DNA of 64,000 bases, taken from assembly GCA_951406725.2 (NCBI GenBank), contig OX597827.1:69006001-69070000 (forward strand). Reading direction: 5' to 3'. Position 1 is the first letter of the stretch. Each line of letters starts with the position of its first letter. Position numbers and translations under genes: made by a program. Below are positions 52,816-64,000 of this stretch, one piece after another. The notes below the pieces were generated by a model. The model had not been told where the DNA came from. It was given only the letters and a program-made list of their open reading frames with translations, and did not search any database. This DNA is from Octopus vulgaris. Its lineage: Eukaryota.

Positions 52816-53399
52816 ACCGGGTTACAGTAAATACTGCACGATATTGCACAATATTCCCGGATTTCTGGAAGCCGGATAAAAGATCCGGCACTATAACTTA
52901 TACTCCGGTTATCATCACAGATTTTTCTTGCTCCTCTTCTCCACCCCACCCACCCCTTACACGTCTTTCTTCCTTGCAGCCGATTCATTCAAAAAGATGG
53001 TTAAACCATCCATCCATCCATCCATCCATGCCACACCGATCGACCTATCCAATCCATCCTACGAATCAGTTTTCCTGAATATTTTACCTTCGCGAAGAAG
53101 ACAAAAACAAGTTTTATTCCTTCTCCCAAAAATTTTTGGCAAACCTTCTTATTTATTTTCATTTTTTCCCGTCTTTTCTTTCGTCAGTCAAACATCTAAT
53201 TCACCCGAGGCCAATACTATCAATCCATTTATTTATATATCGATCTGTCTGATTGGGATTCATCCACCATCCGCTCGCTCGCTCGCTCCACCACTAATCT
53301 TTCTTTCTTCCTTTCTTTCGTGCCTATTTTCTCTTTGGCGCGCACATTACGCTGCTTTCTTCGTAGAATCAACCGTTATTTACTATGGCTGTGGCTTGT

Positions 53400-53626
53400 G
53401 ATGGTAGCAGTGCTGATAATGAAAGAGATGATGGTGGTGGCGATGGTAGTGGTAGTGGTGGCGGCAGTAGTAGTAGTAGTAGTGATGGTGGTAGTTAGGG
53501 TGGCGAGAGTGGCGACGGTGGTGTTGGCGGTGGCGACGGTATTATTATTATTAGTAGTAGTAGTAATAGTAGTAGTAAGGGTGGCGACGGTGGTGTTGGT
53601 GGTGGCGACGGTATTATTATTATTAT

Positions 53627-53693
<67 letters not shown>

Positions 53694-53952
53694 GGTGGTA
53701 GTAGTAGTAATGGTGGTGGCAGTTAGGGTGGCGACGGTGGTGTTGGTGGTAACGGTGCTGATGTTGGTGGCGGCGGTATTATTATTAAGTAGTAGTAGTA
53801 GTAGTGGTGGTGGTGGTGGTGGTGGTAGTCGGGGTGGCGATGGTGGTAGTGATGGTGGTGGCGACAGTGGTGGTAACGGTGTTGTTGTTGTTGTTGGTGG
53901 TGGTGGTGATAGTAATGGTGACGATGATAGAGGCAGTGATAACGATGCTAAC

Positions 53953-53983
<31 letters not shown>

Positions 53984-54070
53984 GCGGTGATGAAAAAAAA
54001 AATGCTACTGCTGTTGGTAGTGGTGCTGGTGACAATAAGTGTTTATGGCGATGATAATGACAATGATGAT
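53400..54070. repeat. (GTA)/(GGT)/(GAT) triplet repeat block
   Basis: Triplet-periodic low complexity. The poly-V/T ORFs are artefacts. Confidence 0.9.
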
Positions 54071-54460
54071 GGATCTTACACCAAACTTCCGCACATACTT
54101 TTTTCTACCATTACTTTCCCACCCCCTTTACACCACAAACACCGCCACCACGACCGTCACAGGACACCGATCCACCTACCCACCCACTGATCCACCTACC
54201 CACCCACCCACCGCATCCACACTTCCTCCCATCAACTTCTGTCATCCTTTCTTTTCCTTTCTCCTCACCTCCCCTCTCCCCCCACCTTCTTCTCCCTAAG
54301 CGCCACAAACCATTCTCCAAGTCTTTTGTCCTTTTTCTTTGTGTGTGTGTGTGTGTGTGTGTGTCTACGTACAATTTCCTTCTTCGCCGAACTCAACTCC
54401 ACCGCATCTCTCATCCTCCCTCCATTCTTATCACTAGTTTTAAAAAAACATGAGTTTCCT

Positions 54461-54516
<56 letters not shown>

Positions 54517-54665
54517 CTCTCTCCATCCGGTAATTCACTAAACATTCATTGACTCAGCCAAGCATTTTCTCTCTCATTCACTATGTCCCTCTCTGCGATT
54601 AAGCACACACGCGTGTATGTGTGTGTGTACACATCATGCTATGTATATAGATAACTATATATATA

Positions 54666-55915
54666 CAGGGTGCGGTAAATAAATTGTCGTCCAAATTTCG
54701 CAAAAATGAAAATAACACAGACATCTCATTTTAACAGATATATTTACCAAAATTGCATAAAAATAGCTTGAAATATTTAAGATTAAATTTATTCAATAAA
54801 ATCGCCATTGGCTCCAACCACGGCCTCCAGACGACTTTGGAATCTCCTGCAACTCTTCTGGATGGTCTCCTTGTTTAAGTTGTTCAATACTGCCATAATG
54901 CTTGCCTTCAGTTCATCTTTGGTGTGTTACAAGGGGTTTTGTTGGTCTCTCGCTGAACTGTGCCCCACATAATAATCAAAGGGGTTGCAGTGTAGGGAGC
55001 TGGGTGATCAGATGATAGGTGCGATGTGGTCGCAGAAATTGTCTGACAGATCCACGACTGGGTTCTCCTGCCTGTGTGGCATGGTGCAGAGTCCTGTTGC
55101 CAGACATAGGGTCTTCCAGCAGCCACCCTTCTGACCCAGGGCAGAACTACCTCCTCCAAGCACTTGATGTTGGCCTCTGTGTTGAGTTTGAGGCCATGTG
55201 GGAAGATGAATAGAGGCATAACATCGTCATCACTCTAAACACCATGATGTTGACTGAATATTTGATTTTTATCACTCTCGGTACAGGTTTTGGGGACACA
55301 ACAAGCCAATGGTTGTTTTGTGTGTTCACCATCTGATCCTAGCAGAAACATTTCGCGTCTGAGAAAAACCAAAGCATGTTCGGTTGGAGGGGATGCTTGA
55401 GTTTCTTCTAAAGCTTTCCTCTTGAATTTGATGGCTTGGGATAAAAACTGGCCCTTTCTCATCTTGTATGAGGAATACCGAATGTCTTCATGCACTACCT
55501 GCATGATAAAAAACTCAGACACCCCCATGTCCCTGATTGACTTGGAAGGTTCGTTGCCAATCATGGCCTAGATCTCACCAACAAATTCAGGAGTTCTTTT
55601 CTTATCAGAACGATCGGAGTGAGTTTTCTGAGTTGTCGTACATTCGTAATCACCATTAGACTCATCCATCTCTTTCCGAATCCTCTGAACTGTCCTCCGA
55701 TTGACACCCAAACACTCCGAAATGTCCATATCGGAGTTTCTGGCATGAATGCCAAGCAGTACAGCACATCGTTTCGAAATTTCTAGCAGAGTGAATTGCG
55801 TCATGGTGCTGTTTTTCTCACAGACGGTGCCCATCTGACCCTACTATACTGTGTAGTCAACAAAATAAAAAAATAATGTGCATGCATAAAATTAAAAATA
55901 TTAAATGGCGACATT
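54666..55915 (-). mobile_element. Tc1/mariner (maT/DD37D-like) transposon, near full length, with transposase pseudogene
   Basis: TA|CAGGGTG terminus. Frameshifted transposase reads MTQFTL...LGVNRRTVQRIRKE, FFSD, GRPYVWQQDSAPCHT and a NP.DY-like third-Asp region. The other TIR is eroded. Confidence 0.88.
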
Positions 55916-56370
55916 TAATAGTGTGTGTGTGTGTGTGTGTGATACGTGTATAAGGAACCTTTTTTATCAAAATTCAGATAAAAAAATATGGGGGTTTCTT
56001 ATACAAGGAAAATATTATAATCCCTTACAAAACCTTTTTTACCAAATTTTAAGCACCCCAAATTAGGGGTTCCTTATACACATTAAAATATGGTACATAC
56101 ATTTAGATGTGCATCTATTTACTAATATATACATATAGGCACATTCCAATCTGCCCTTTCAACAATAGGACTCACTTCCCTCTTCAGTTTTCAAAATGCA
56201 GTTTATTTCAGGATTTTCTTTACATCTGCCCACATTCCGTGAGGGCAAGGGCATCAGATAGTCAAATTGCCCTGCTGTTACCTAACCCAGAAACACAATT
56301 TATCAAAAATAGAAATTAGGTCACTATACTTTTAAAATGATTATAATGCTTTCATTAAATTTTGCATTTT

Positions 56371-56965
56371 AAGGAAGCGAGCTGGCAGAAATGTTAGCAC
56401 GCCAGGCGAAACGCTTATCAGTATTTCATCTGTCTTTAAGCTCTGAGTTCAAATTCTGCTGAGGTCAACTCTTTGCCTTTCATCCTTTCAGAGTCAATAA
56501 ATTAAGTACCAGTTGTGTATTGGGGTCAATATAATCAACTGGCCCCCGCCTCAAAAATTTCAGTCCTTGTGCCTAGAGTAGAAAAGATATTTTGCATTTT
56601 AAGGCGGCGAGCTGGCAGAATCGTTAGCACACTCGGGTGAAACGCTTATCAGCATTTTGTCTTTCTTTACATTCTGAGTTCAAATTCTGCCGAGGTCAAT
56701 TTTGTCTTTCATCCTTTCGGGGTCAATAAATGAAGTACCAGTTGCGTACTGGAGTCGATCTAATCGACTGGGCCCCCTCCCCAAAAATTTCAGGCCTTGC
56801 ACCTAGAGTAGGAAAGAATTTCCTCTCTTTTAAAGCTGGCGAGCTGGCAGAAACATTAGCATGCCGGACGAAATGCTTAGCAGTATTTCATCTGCCTTAA
56901 TGTACTGAGTTAAAATGCTACCGAGATTGCTTTTCATCCTTTCAGGGTCAATAAATTAAGTACCA
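56371..56965 (+). mobile_element. Three tandem SINE family B copies
   Basis: AAGG(C/A)GGCGAGCTGGCAGAA heads at ~56371, ~56601 and ~56833. The first two share the upstream flank TTTTGCATTTTAAGG. Confidence 0.85.
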
Positions 56966-57900
56966 GACTGGCCTGAGGCTATAGGAGAAGACACTTGCCC
57001 AAGGTGCCATGCAATGGACTGAACTCAAAACCATGTGGTTAGGAAACAAGCTTCTTACAACACAACCAAGCCTGCACCTATATACACACACACACGGGTT
57101 TGTCCCCCACCAATGCTTGACAACTGGTACTGGTGTGTTTATATCCCCATACCATAATAGTTTGATTAAAGCAACTGATACAATAAGTACTAGGCTCAAA
57201 AACAATGAGTCCTGGGGTCGATTTGTTCAACTGAGAAAAACCCTTCAAGACGGTGCTCCAGCCAGGCCGCAGTCTAATGAGTGACACAAGTATAGAAGAT
57301 ATACATATGTGTGTGTTTGTGTGAGTGTGTCTGTATGTCTGTCCCCCCACTATCGCTTGACAACCAATGTTGCTATGTTTACATCCCTGTAACTTAGCGC
57401 TTTGGTAGAAGACACCAATTGAATAATTACTAGGCTTGCAAAGAATAAGTCCTGGGGTTGATATAGTCTAACTGACACAGGTAAAAGAGTAAAAGTAAAT
57501 ATTTGGGCATATGTAAACACACACACACACACACACACACCCTCACCCAAATGTGTGTGTGTACATATTATCTCCTACATGCCAGACCATCCTATCTACA
57601 TATGTACCTATTTAATTATTTAATCTACCTACGTACATCTTATCCTAAACTCTAACTTAGGGCGCCAAAATATCAATTTTCACTCTTTCCTTAACTCCTT
57701 CCATTCCACACCTTTTCCAGCACTGGCAAGAATCATCTACCCAGCAGATCAACTGGTTCGTTTAAAATGTATGCAATACATTCTCACCTTACCAAACACC
57801 TATCTACCTATCCACACATACACACACCCTAATTCTGTTTTCTTACTACCATCCTCTCTATTACTATCACATCTCTCTCACACACACACACTCATTTTAA

Positions 57901-58120
57901 CCCTTTTGATACCAACCCAGCTGAAACCGGCTCTGGCTCCCAGTATAAATGTCTTGTTTTCATAAGTTTTGAATTAAAATCTTTCACCAGACCTTAATCA
58001 CAATTTATGTTCCTAAAACCAGCTGAATGATAACCAAGTTATTTTACTAAATTCTTTGTTATATTTAAAGTAATTGAAAGAAACACAGAGCATCTCAAAA
58101 TAAATACAGTAAAGAAAGGG
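57901..58120. mobile_element. piggyBac-type MITE family 1
   Basis: TTAA|CCCTTTTGATACC ... GAAAGGG|TTAA. Internal sequence is the reverse complement of 20808-21028. Confidence 0.85.
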
Positions 58121-58259
58121 TTAACACACTTCTTTATTTTATCTTGTAAAGAAATGAGTGTAAATGGCTGAGTAGTAGAATACAGACTGAAAACCCAATA
58201 AAACCAATTGTGAGTTGATGAGCAGAGGAGAAATTAACCCAGATGCGAATCAAATGAAT

Positions 58260-58900
58260 GAAGCAGTTGTGTGAGAGTGTAAATAGATGGATGGGTGAGG
58301 GATGGGCAAACTAGTTTGTGAATGGTATGAGTAGACAGATAGATAGACCAATTTTTGAGTGGGTGAGCAAACAGGGCCGACAATCCGCTTTTGTGATTGG
58401 ATGAACTAATGACAGATAGCCGAACCGTGTTGTGAGTGAGTGGAAAGATGGAGAGGCAGACAAACCAGTTTGTGATTGGGTGAGATAGATAGATGGACAA
58501 AACAGTGATTGGGTAAGATGATGGATAAACAAACCAGTTTGTGAGTGAGTGAAGTAGTATGAACAAACCGGTTTGTGAGAAGGTGAGCAAAAAGAAGGAC
58601 AAAAAGTATTTTGTGATTGCGTGAGAAGATGGATAGAGACAAAGTAGTGATTAGGTGAGATGAGAGTGGATGGCTAAAGAGACAGATAGACAGACTACTT
58701 TGTGAGTAAATGAACAGCCGACATGCACAAACCAGTTTGTGAATGGGTGAGCAAATGGGAAAATGGAAAATTGGTTTGGGAGTGGATGAGAGCAGACACA
58801 TGGATATGTAAACCTATGTGAGTGGGTGAGAAGACAGATAGACAAACCAGTTTGTGAGCTGATGAGCAAATGAACGAGTTTATAAGTGACCAAGCAGATC
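58260..58900. repeat. Degenerate ~40-bp minisatellite (CAAACCAGTTTGTGAGTGGGTGAG...)
   Basis: Recurrent AAACCAGTTTGTGA / GGGTGAGCAAA motifs. Confidence 0.65.
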
Positions 58901-59079
58901 ATCATCATCATCATCGTTTAATTACCGCTTTCCATGCTAGCATGGGTTGGACGGTTCAACTGGGGTCTGGGAAGCCCGAAGGCTGCACCAGATGAACATA
59001 TAAAACAATTTTTATGTTGGTGAGCAGATGAAGTGAACATAAAGAAGACAAACAAACTAGTTTGGAAGATGATGATCAG

Positions 59080-59193
59080 AAGCCTAGTACTTATTCTATT
59101 GGTCTCTTTTGCCAAACCACTAAGTTATGGGGACATAAACACACCACCATCGGTTGTCAAGCAATGTTGGGGGGGACAAACACAGACACACAA

Positions 59194-59238
<45 letters not shown>

Positions 59239-59398
59239 CAACAGGCTTCTTTCAGTTTCCGTCTACCAAATCCACTCACAAGGCTTTGGTCGGCCCGAGG
59301 CTATAGTAGAAGACACTTGCCCAAGGTGCCACGCAGTGGGAATGAACCCGGAACCGTGTGGTTGGTAAGCAAGCTACTTACCACACAGCCACTCCTGC
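59080..59398 (-). mobile_element. SINE family A
   Basis: Reverse complement of the 43068 copy. Confidence 0.85.
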
Positions 59399-59911
59399 AC
59401 AAAAAAAAAAAACCCAGCTCACATAAAAAGCACTCAGAGGAATTATCACATTTTGGCCTATTGAGTTGAAGGCGATTACAGTAACATGACACGACATATT
59501 TCCACACAGTAACAAACCGTGACACACACTTGTTTATTTATATTTATATATATATAGAGAGAGATTTATATACACACATACACACAGAGTAATTAACAGG
59601 GTCATGCCAGCAGAAAATGCATACTTAAGATCTCAAGTGCACTAGAGAGTCAGAACTGCTGTAATACTTGTAACTGCTTAGCATTTTACACAACAGCAGC
59701 AACAATAACAATGGCCAATTGGTTACAGCAAGCAAGCACACAAGAGAAAGAGAGAGAGAGGCTGAGGGAAACTGAGAGAGACAGAGACCAGATCAATTCC
59801 AATCTGCATTGTCTGTTTCATCCAAAAGTTTTAATCACAACTGGTGGCTTTCTTTTTTTTTTTCTTCATTTTTGAGCTGTCTTTAGATTTTAAACTCATC
59901 AATGGCATTTT

Positions 59912-60215
59912 CATTGACAAATTATTTCAATAAGCTAAGTTGATCCAAGCTTTTCAGTTCACAACAAGAAATATAATTTATTTGTAATTTATTATGGCAT
60001 GACTGTCTAGTTGAAAAGCTTGCTTCCTAACTATGTGGTCCCAGGTTCAATCCATCTGTGTGACACCTTAGGTAGGTGTCTTCTACTATAACTCCAAGTC
60101 AACCAAAGCTGTGTAGTAATGGATTTTGAAAAGAGCCCACCATATTATCATCACTTATCCTCATTTAACACACACACACACACACACACATATCACGTGT
60201 GGCTGTGTGGTAAAA

Positions 60216-60266
<51 letters not shown>

Positions 60267-60696
60267 CACAGGATGGGTGTCTTCCAGTTTTCATCTACCA
60301 AATCCACTCACAAGGCTTTGGTCAGCCTGACACTAAGACTCTTGCCCAAGGTACCATGCAGTGGAACTGAACCCAGAACCATGTGGTTAGGAAGCAAGCT
60401 TCTTACCACACAGCCACAACTGATGTGTGTTAAATGAGGATTAGTGATGATAATATGGTGGGCTCTTTTCAATATCCATCTACCATGCAGCTTTGGTTGA
60501 CCTGGAGCTATAAGTAGAAGACACTTGCCTAAGGTGTTACACAGTGGGATTGAACCTGGGACCACATAGTTAGGAAGGAAGCTTTTCAACTAGACAGTCA
60601 TGCCATAATAAATTACAAATATGGGTCTCACATATGTCATGTTGTGAACTGAAAAAAACTTGGATCAACTTAGGTTATCTAAATAATTTGTCAATG
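59912..60696. repeat. ~300-bp inverted duplication (arms 59912-60213 and 60403-60696)
   Basis: Both the non-SINE flanks (CATTGACAAATTATTT, AAAGAGCCCACCATATTATCATCACT) and the embedded SINE A head are mirrored. Confidence 0.85.
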
Positions 60697-60847
60697 CTGG
60701 TTTATGTCTCTGTAACTTAGTGGTTTGGCAAAAGAGACCAATAGAATAAAAACAAAATATAAAGAATAAGTCATGAAGTTGATTTCTTCAACTAACACCC
60801 TTTAAGGCAGAGCTGCAGCATGGCCGCAGTCAAATGACTGAGACAAA

Positions 60848-61193
60848 TCCCTATATATATAAAGCTGAAGTTGTCTGTGTGTGGCATGTTTGGTAGCCTT
60901 CAACTAACACTATCTCCTCCGAGACCCAGCAGCGCAAGGTAGAAAATAAAATTCAAATCGGACCATGTTAACACCAAAAATTATTTACATCAAAAAGGTA
61001 CTTTTTTTTCTATGAAAATCCCTATTTTTTATGATTTTTTGACTGCTGTGTTGCCATTTTTCGGTGTATTTCAACCAAAGAAATGTTCACTTAAAGAGAA
61101 TAACAAGCTACATAATGCAAAATTTTTACTTTTCAAAACTTCCAATTCCAAAGGGTCGAAACAAACCCGAGCAACACCAGGCGATACTGCTAG
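60848..61193 (+). mobile_element. Non-autonomous Helitron inserted in a SINE A tail
   Basis: 5' end TCCCTATATATATAAA, subterminal degenerate hairpin CCCGAGCAACACCAGG, and 3' end CTAG. It is inserted between A and T with no TSD (ACAAA|TAAAAGA). Confidence 0.8.
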
Positions 61194-61344
61194 TAAAAGA
61201 ATAAAAGAACCCTCATTTAATAGCTGTCTTGAATGGTTTGACAGAGGACTGTTCCAAGCTCTATTATCTTCTCTTGCCTGCTTTCTACAGCTGGATGCCC
61301 TTTCTAATGCCGTGTGTGTGTACCCCTGTCTTGACATCACATAA

Positions 61345-61491
61345 TGGTCATAAACAAGTATCCTCTTCATGCAAGTGATGTTGATCACTTCCAGTCTTCC
61401 ATGAAAAACATGCCTGGTCATAAACAAGTATCCTCTTCATGCAAGTGATGTTGATCACTTCCAGTCTTCCATGAAAAACATGCCTGGTCAT
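61345..61491. repeat. Exact 70-bp tandem duplication
   Basis: TGGTCATAAACAAGTATCC... starts at 61345 and again at 61415. Confidence 0.9.
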
Positions 61492-62454
61492 GTGGAAATA
61501 TCTTGCCGAAAAACAAACAAGGATTGACAGTTGTTTGTAATACGAAGCCATAACTTAGCAGTTCAACAAAAGAGACCAATAAACATGCCAGACTTGAAAT
61601 AATTACTGGGGTCAATTTGTTCGATTTAGCCACAGTACAATGACTGAAACTAGTAAAAGATAAATAATTTGCCCCTTCGTTAATAAAAAAAAAAAATGAT
61701 AGTTTGCATCCATTTAATTTTTCTGTCTTTGACACAGTGTTGAGGACAAGTTTTAAGATTGAAATCCATTATATTATTATAATATATTAGCCACATAGGG
61801 CTGCACACAGACAGGACAGATTAACAAAGTAGAGCTTTTCTTTTTGGGGAGTAAAAAAGAAAATGTGGGGTAGGTTTACGATCAAAAGGGATCATAGAAA
61901 GGAAAAAGAAAGAAAAAAAAAAGAAAAAAACGATCAATAGGGGTCGTGTATCACAGAAATGTCATGATGTAAAGTGTAAAGGGTGAAGCAGATAAGGTTT
62001 ACCCGTGGAAAGAAAAGCCTACGGAAAAGACCATGGTAACCTCAGTCAATAATGTCACATGTTAACACAGTTGTTTGCAAGTAAGTAACCTTCTGTTTTA
62101 AATTTTTCCGGGTTCATAGGATTATCCTCAAGGTGGCTTTGTAATTCATATGCGCAAATAATTTTAAAACGTGACAGCTTGGTCACTCCTTTTTTTTTTG
62201 TCAGCCCTCACAGCTGTTCTGTCTCCTCTTTCCCTCATCAGCGACCATGAGGATTGAACTTCAACTGTTGTTGTTTTAAGGCAGGAATTAAAAGACAACA
62301 GTTGACGTACCGAATGTATTCCCAGGAAATAATGACGCCGAACTAGTTCACACACAAGACTGCATTCCACAGAGTCACAAACATCATTAAAAAAATTATA
62401 TATAGACAAGCATAGAAAAGTAGTCACTAAGGCAATGGATGACTATATAGATTA

Positions 62455-62876
62455 TATATAGACACAGATACACACACACACATATACACATACATGCACA
62501 CATAAATATACACATACACACATGTACACAGACACATGTATACACACACACACATATACATAATGTACACACACAGACACACGTATACACACATGTACAC
62601 ACACAATGTATACACACATACACACACGCATACACACGTATACACACGTATACAGACATACACACACATATATACACATACATATACACACATGTATATA
62701 CATATGTATACACATACACCACACACATGTATACACACACATGTATACACACATACATGTACACATACACACACACACACACATGTATACACACACACAT
62801 GCACACATACACATACACACATGTATACACAGACAAGTTTAGACATAGATGCATACGCATCTATACATACAAGTGT

Positions 62877-62912
<36 letters not shown>
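62455..62912. repeat. (CA/TA)n compound microsatellite
   Basis: Visible dinucleotide run. Confidence 0.9.
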
Positions 62913-62917
<5 letters not shown>

Positions 62918-63425
62918 ACCCACAGAGCATGTAATTTGGAATTAAAGAGCTGAACAATGTAGCTGTTAATACCAAACTTGCTAATCTGCAAACACCACCA
63001 CCATCACCACCACCACCACCAGTACCATGTTATTAGACAGAATCAGTAGAGCTGCAACGACGACCAAATGTCTTGTGGTATCTTGTTACGTCTGCTGTTC
63101 AAATCTAGCTGGGGGCAACTTAGCCTTTCGTCTTTTACAAGGGTCAATAGGTCAATATATCTGTGTGTGGGTGTGTGTGTGTGTGTGTGTATTCTTTTAT
63201 TTGTTTCAATCATCAGACTGCAGCCATGCTGGAGCACTGCCTTAAAGGGTGTTAGTTGAAGAAATTCATCCCAGGACTTGTTCTTTGTAAGCCTAGTACT
63301 TATTCTATGGGTCTCTTGCCAAGCCACTAAGTTATGGGAACATAAACACAACAGCATCGGGTGTCAAGCAATAGTACAGTGGGGACAAACACAGCCACAC
63401 AAATATATATATATATTTCTGTGTA

Positions 63426-63463
63426 TCTTTCTGTCGAAGAGCGTAGGCTCGAAACGTAAAAGA
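63426..63463 (+). ncRNA. Degenerate minimal (Penelope-type) hammerhead motif
   Basis: TCTTT-CTGTCGA-A-GAGC.GTAG.GCTC-GAA-ACGT-A-AAAGA. Stems I and II pair and stem III is the palindrome ACGT, but core A6 is replaced by U. Confidence 0.45.
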
Positions 63464-63559
63464 CTTGTTCTATTTCTATTTCTGAGCGCCATACTAATAC
63501 ATTTGTTTGTTTGTACTCCACCTGCCTTCGTCTTTTGTTTATGTTCGTAAACCTTCCCG

Positions 63560-63590
<31 letters not shown>

Positions 63591-63775
63591 ACATGCTTCT
63601 TCCAGTTTCCATCTACGAAATTTTCTCACAAGGCTTTGGTCGGCTCGAGGCTATAGTAGAAGACATTTGCCCAAGGTGCTATGCAGTGGGGCTGAACCCA
63701 GAACCATGTGGTTGAGAAGCAAGTTTCTTATCACACAGCCATGCCTATAAATTTCTAAAAGTTTAAAATCTCAAT

Positions 63776-64000
63776 TATTACTTCCACCTTAGCAAAGGCA
63801 GAGGTATTGTTTTCAGTTGTGTTTGTTTGTCCGTGGACAAGATATCTCAAAAACCGCTGGATGGATTCGGATGAAACTTCCAGGGATGTTTGGCCTCCTG
63901 ACTGGCATGAACTAATTAGATTTGGGGATTGATCTGGTACCAGACAAGGATACTGGATTATTTTTCCTGTCTTTTTACTCAATTTTTGAGAGCAGTCAGG
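63776..64000 (+). mobile_element. Helentron/HINE (DINE-like) non-autonomous element, cut by window edge
   Basis: TTATTACTTCCACC...GGCAGAGGTATTGTTTTC...TTTGTCCGT...GATATCTCAAAAACCGCTGGATGGATT..GATGAAACTT layout, typical of HINE 5' ends. Confidence 0.6.

Noticed and set aside
62164-62427. 87-aa non-repetitive ORF and a possible plus-strand terminal exon
   Set aside because: No recognisable motif, and the splice or start support is weak.

Overview
Eukaryotic (metazoan) genomic DNA that is very repeat-rich. The SINE families, the dense (CA)n/(TA)n/(GA)n microsatellites and the mariner/RTE remnants point to an octopus (coleoid cephalopod) genome; this is inferred from repeat content. Nearly all listed ORFs are microsatellite or SINE artefacts, and no complete protein-coding gene is present. 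The best gene signal is a CpG-rich zone at about 45.7-50 kb holding a likely first coding exon on the minus strand (47539-47486, MTTEKANTKAASTILRRK). If real, most of 1-47 kb is one gene's large intron(s). That stretch contains a candidate 16-nt microexon and a candidate recursive AG|GTAAGT splice site. Mobile elements are a near-complete decayed mariner, two maT/DD37D-like Tc1-mariner copies, ~221-bp piggyBac-type MITEs, a hAT MITE, Helitron/Helentron pieces, RTE and CR1-like LINE fragments, and dozens of SINEs. The most unusual signals are hammerhead-ribozyme-like motifs in short elements set within (TA)n tracts, and several long fold-back structures that could be ADAR or miRNA substrates.
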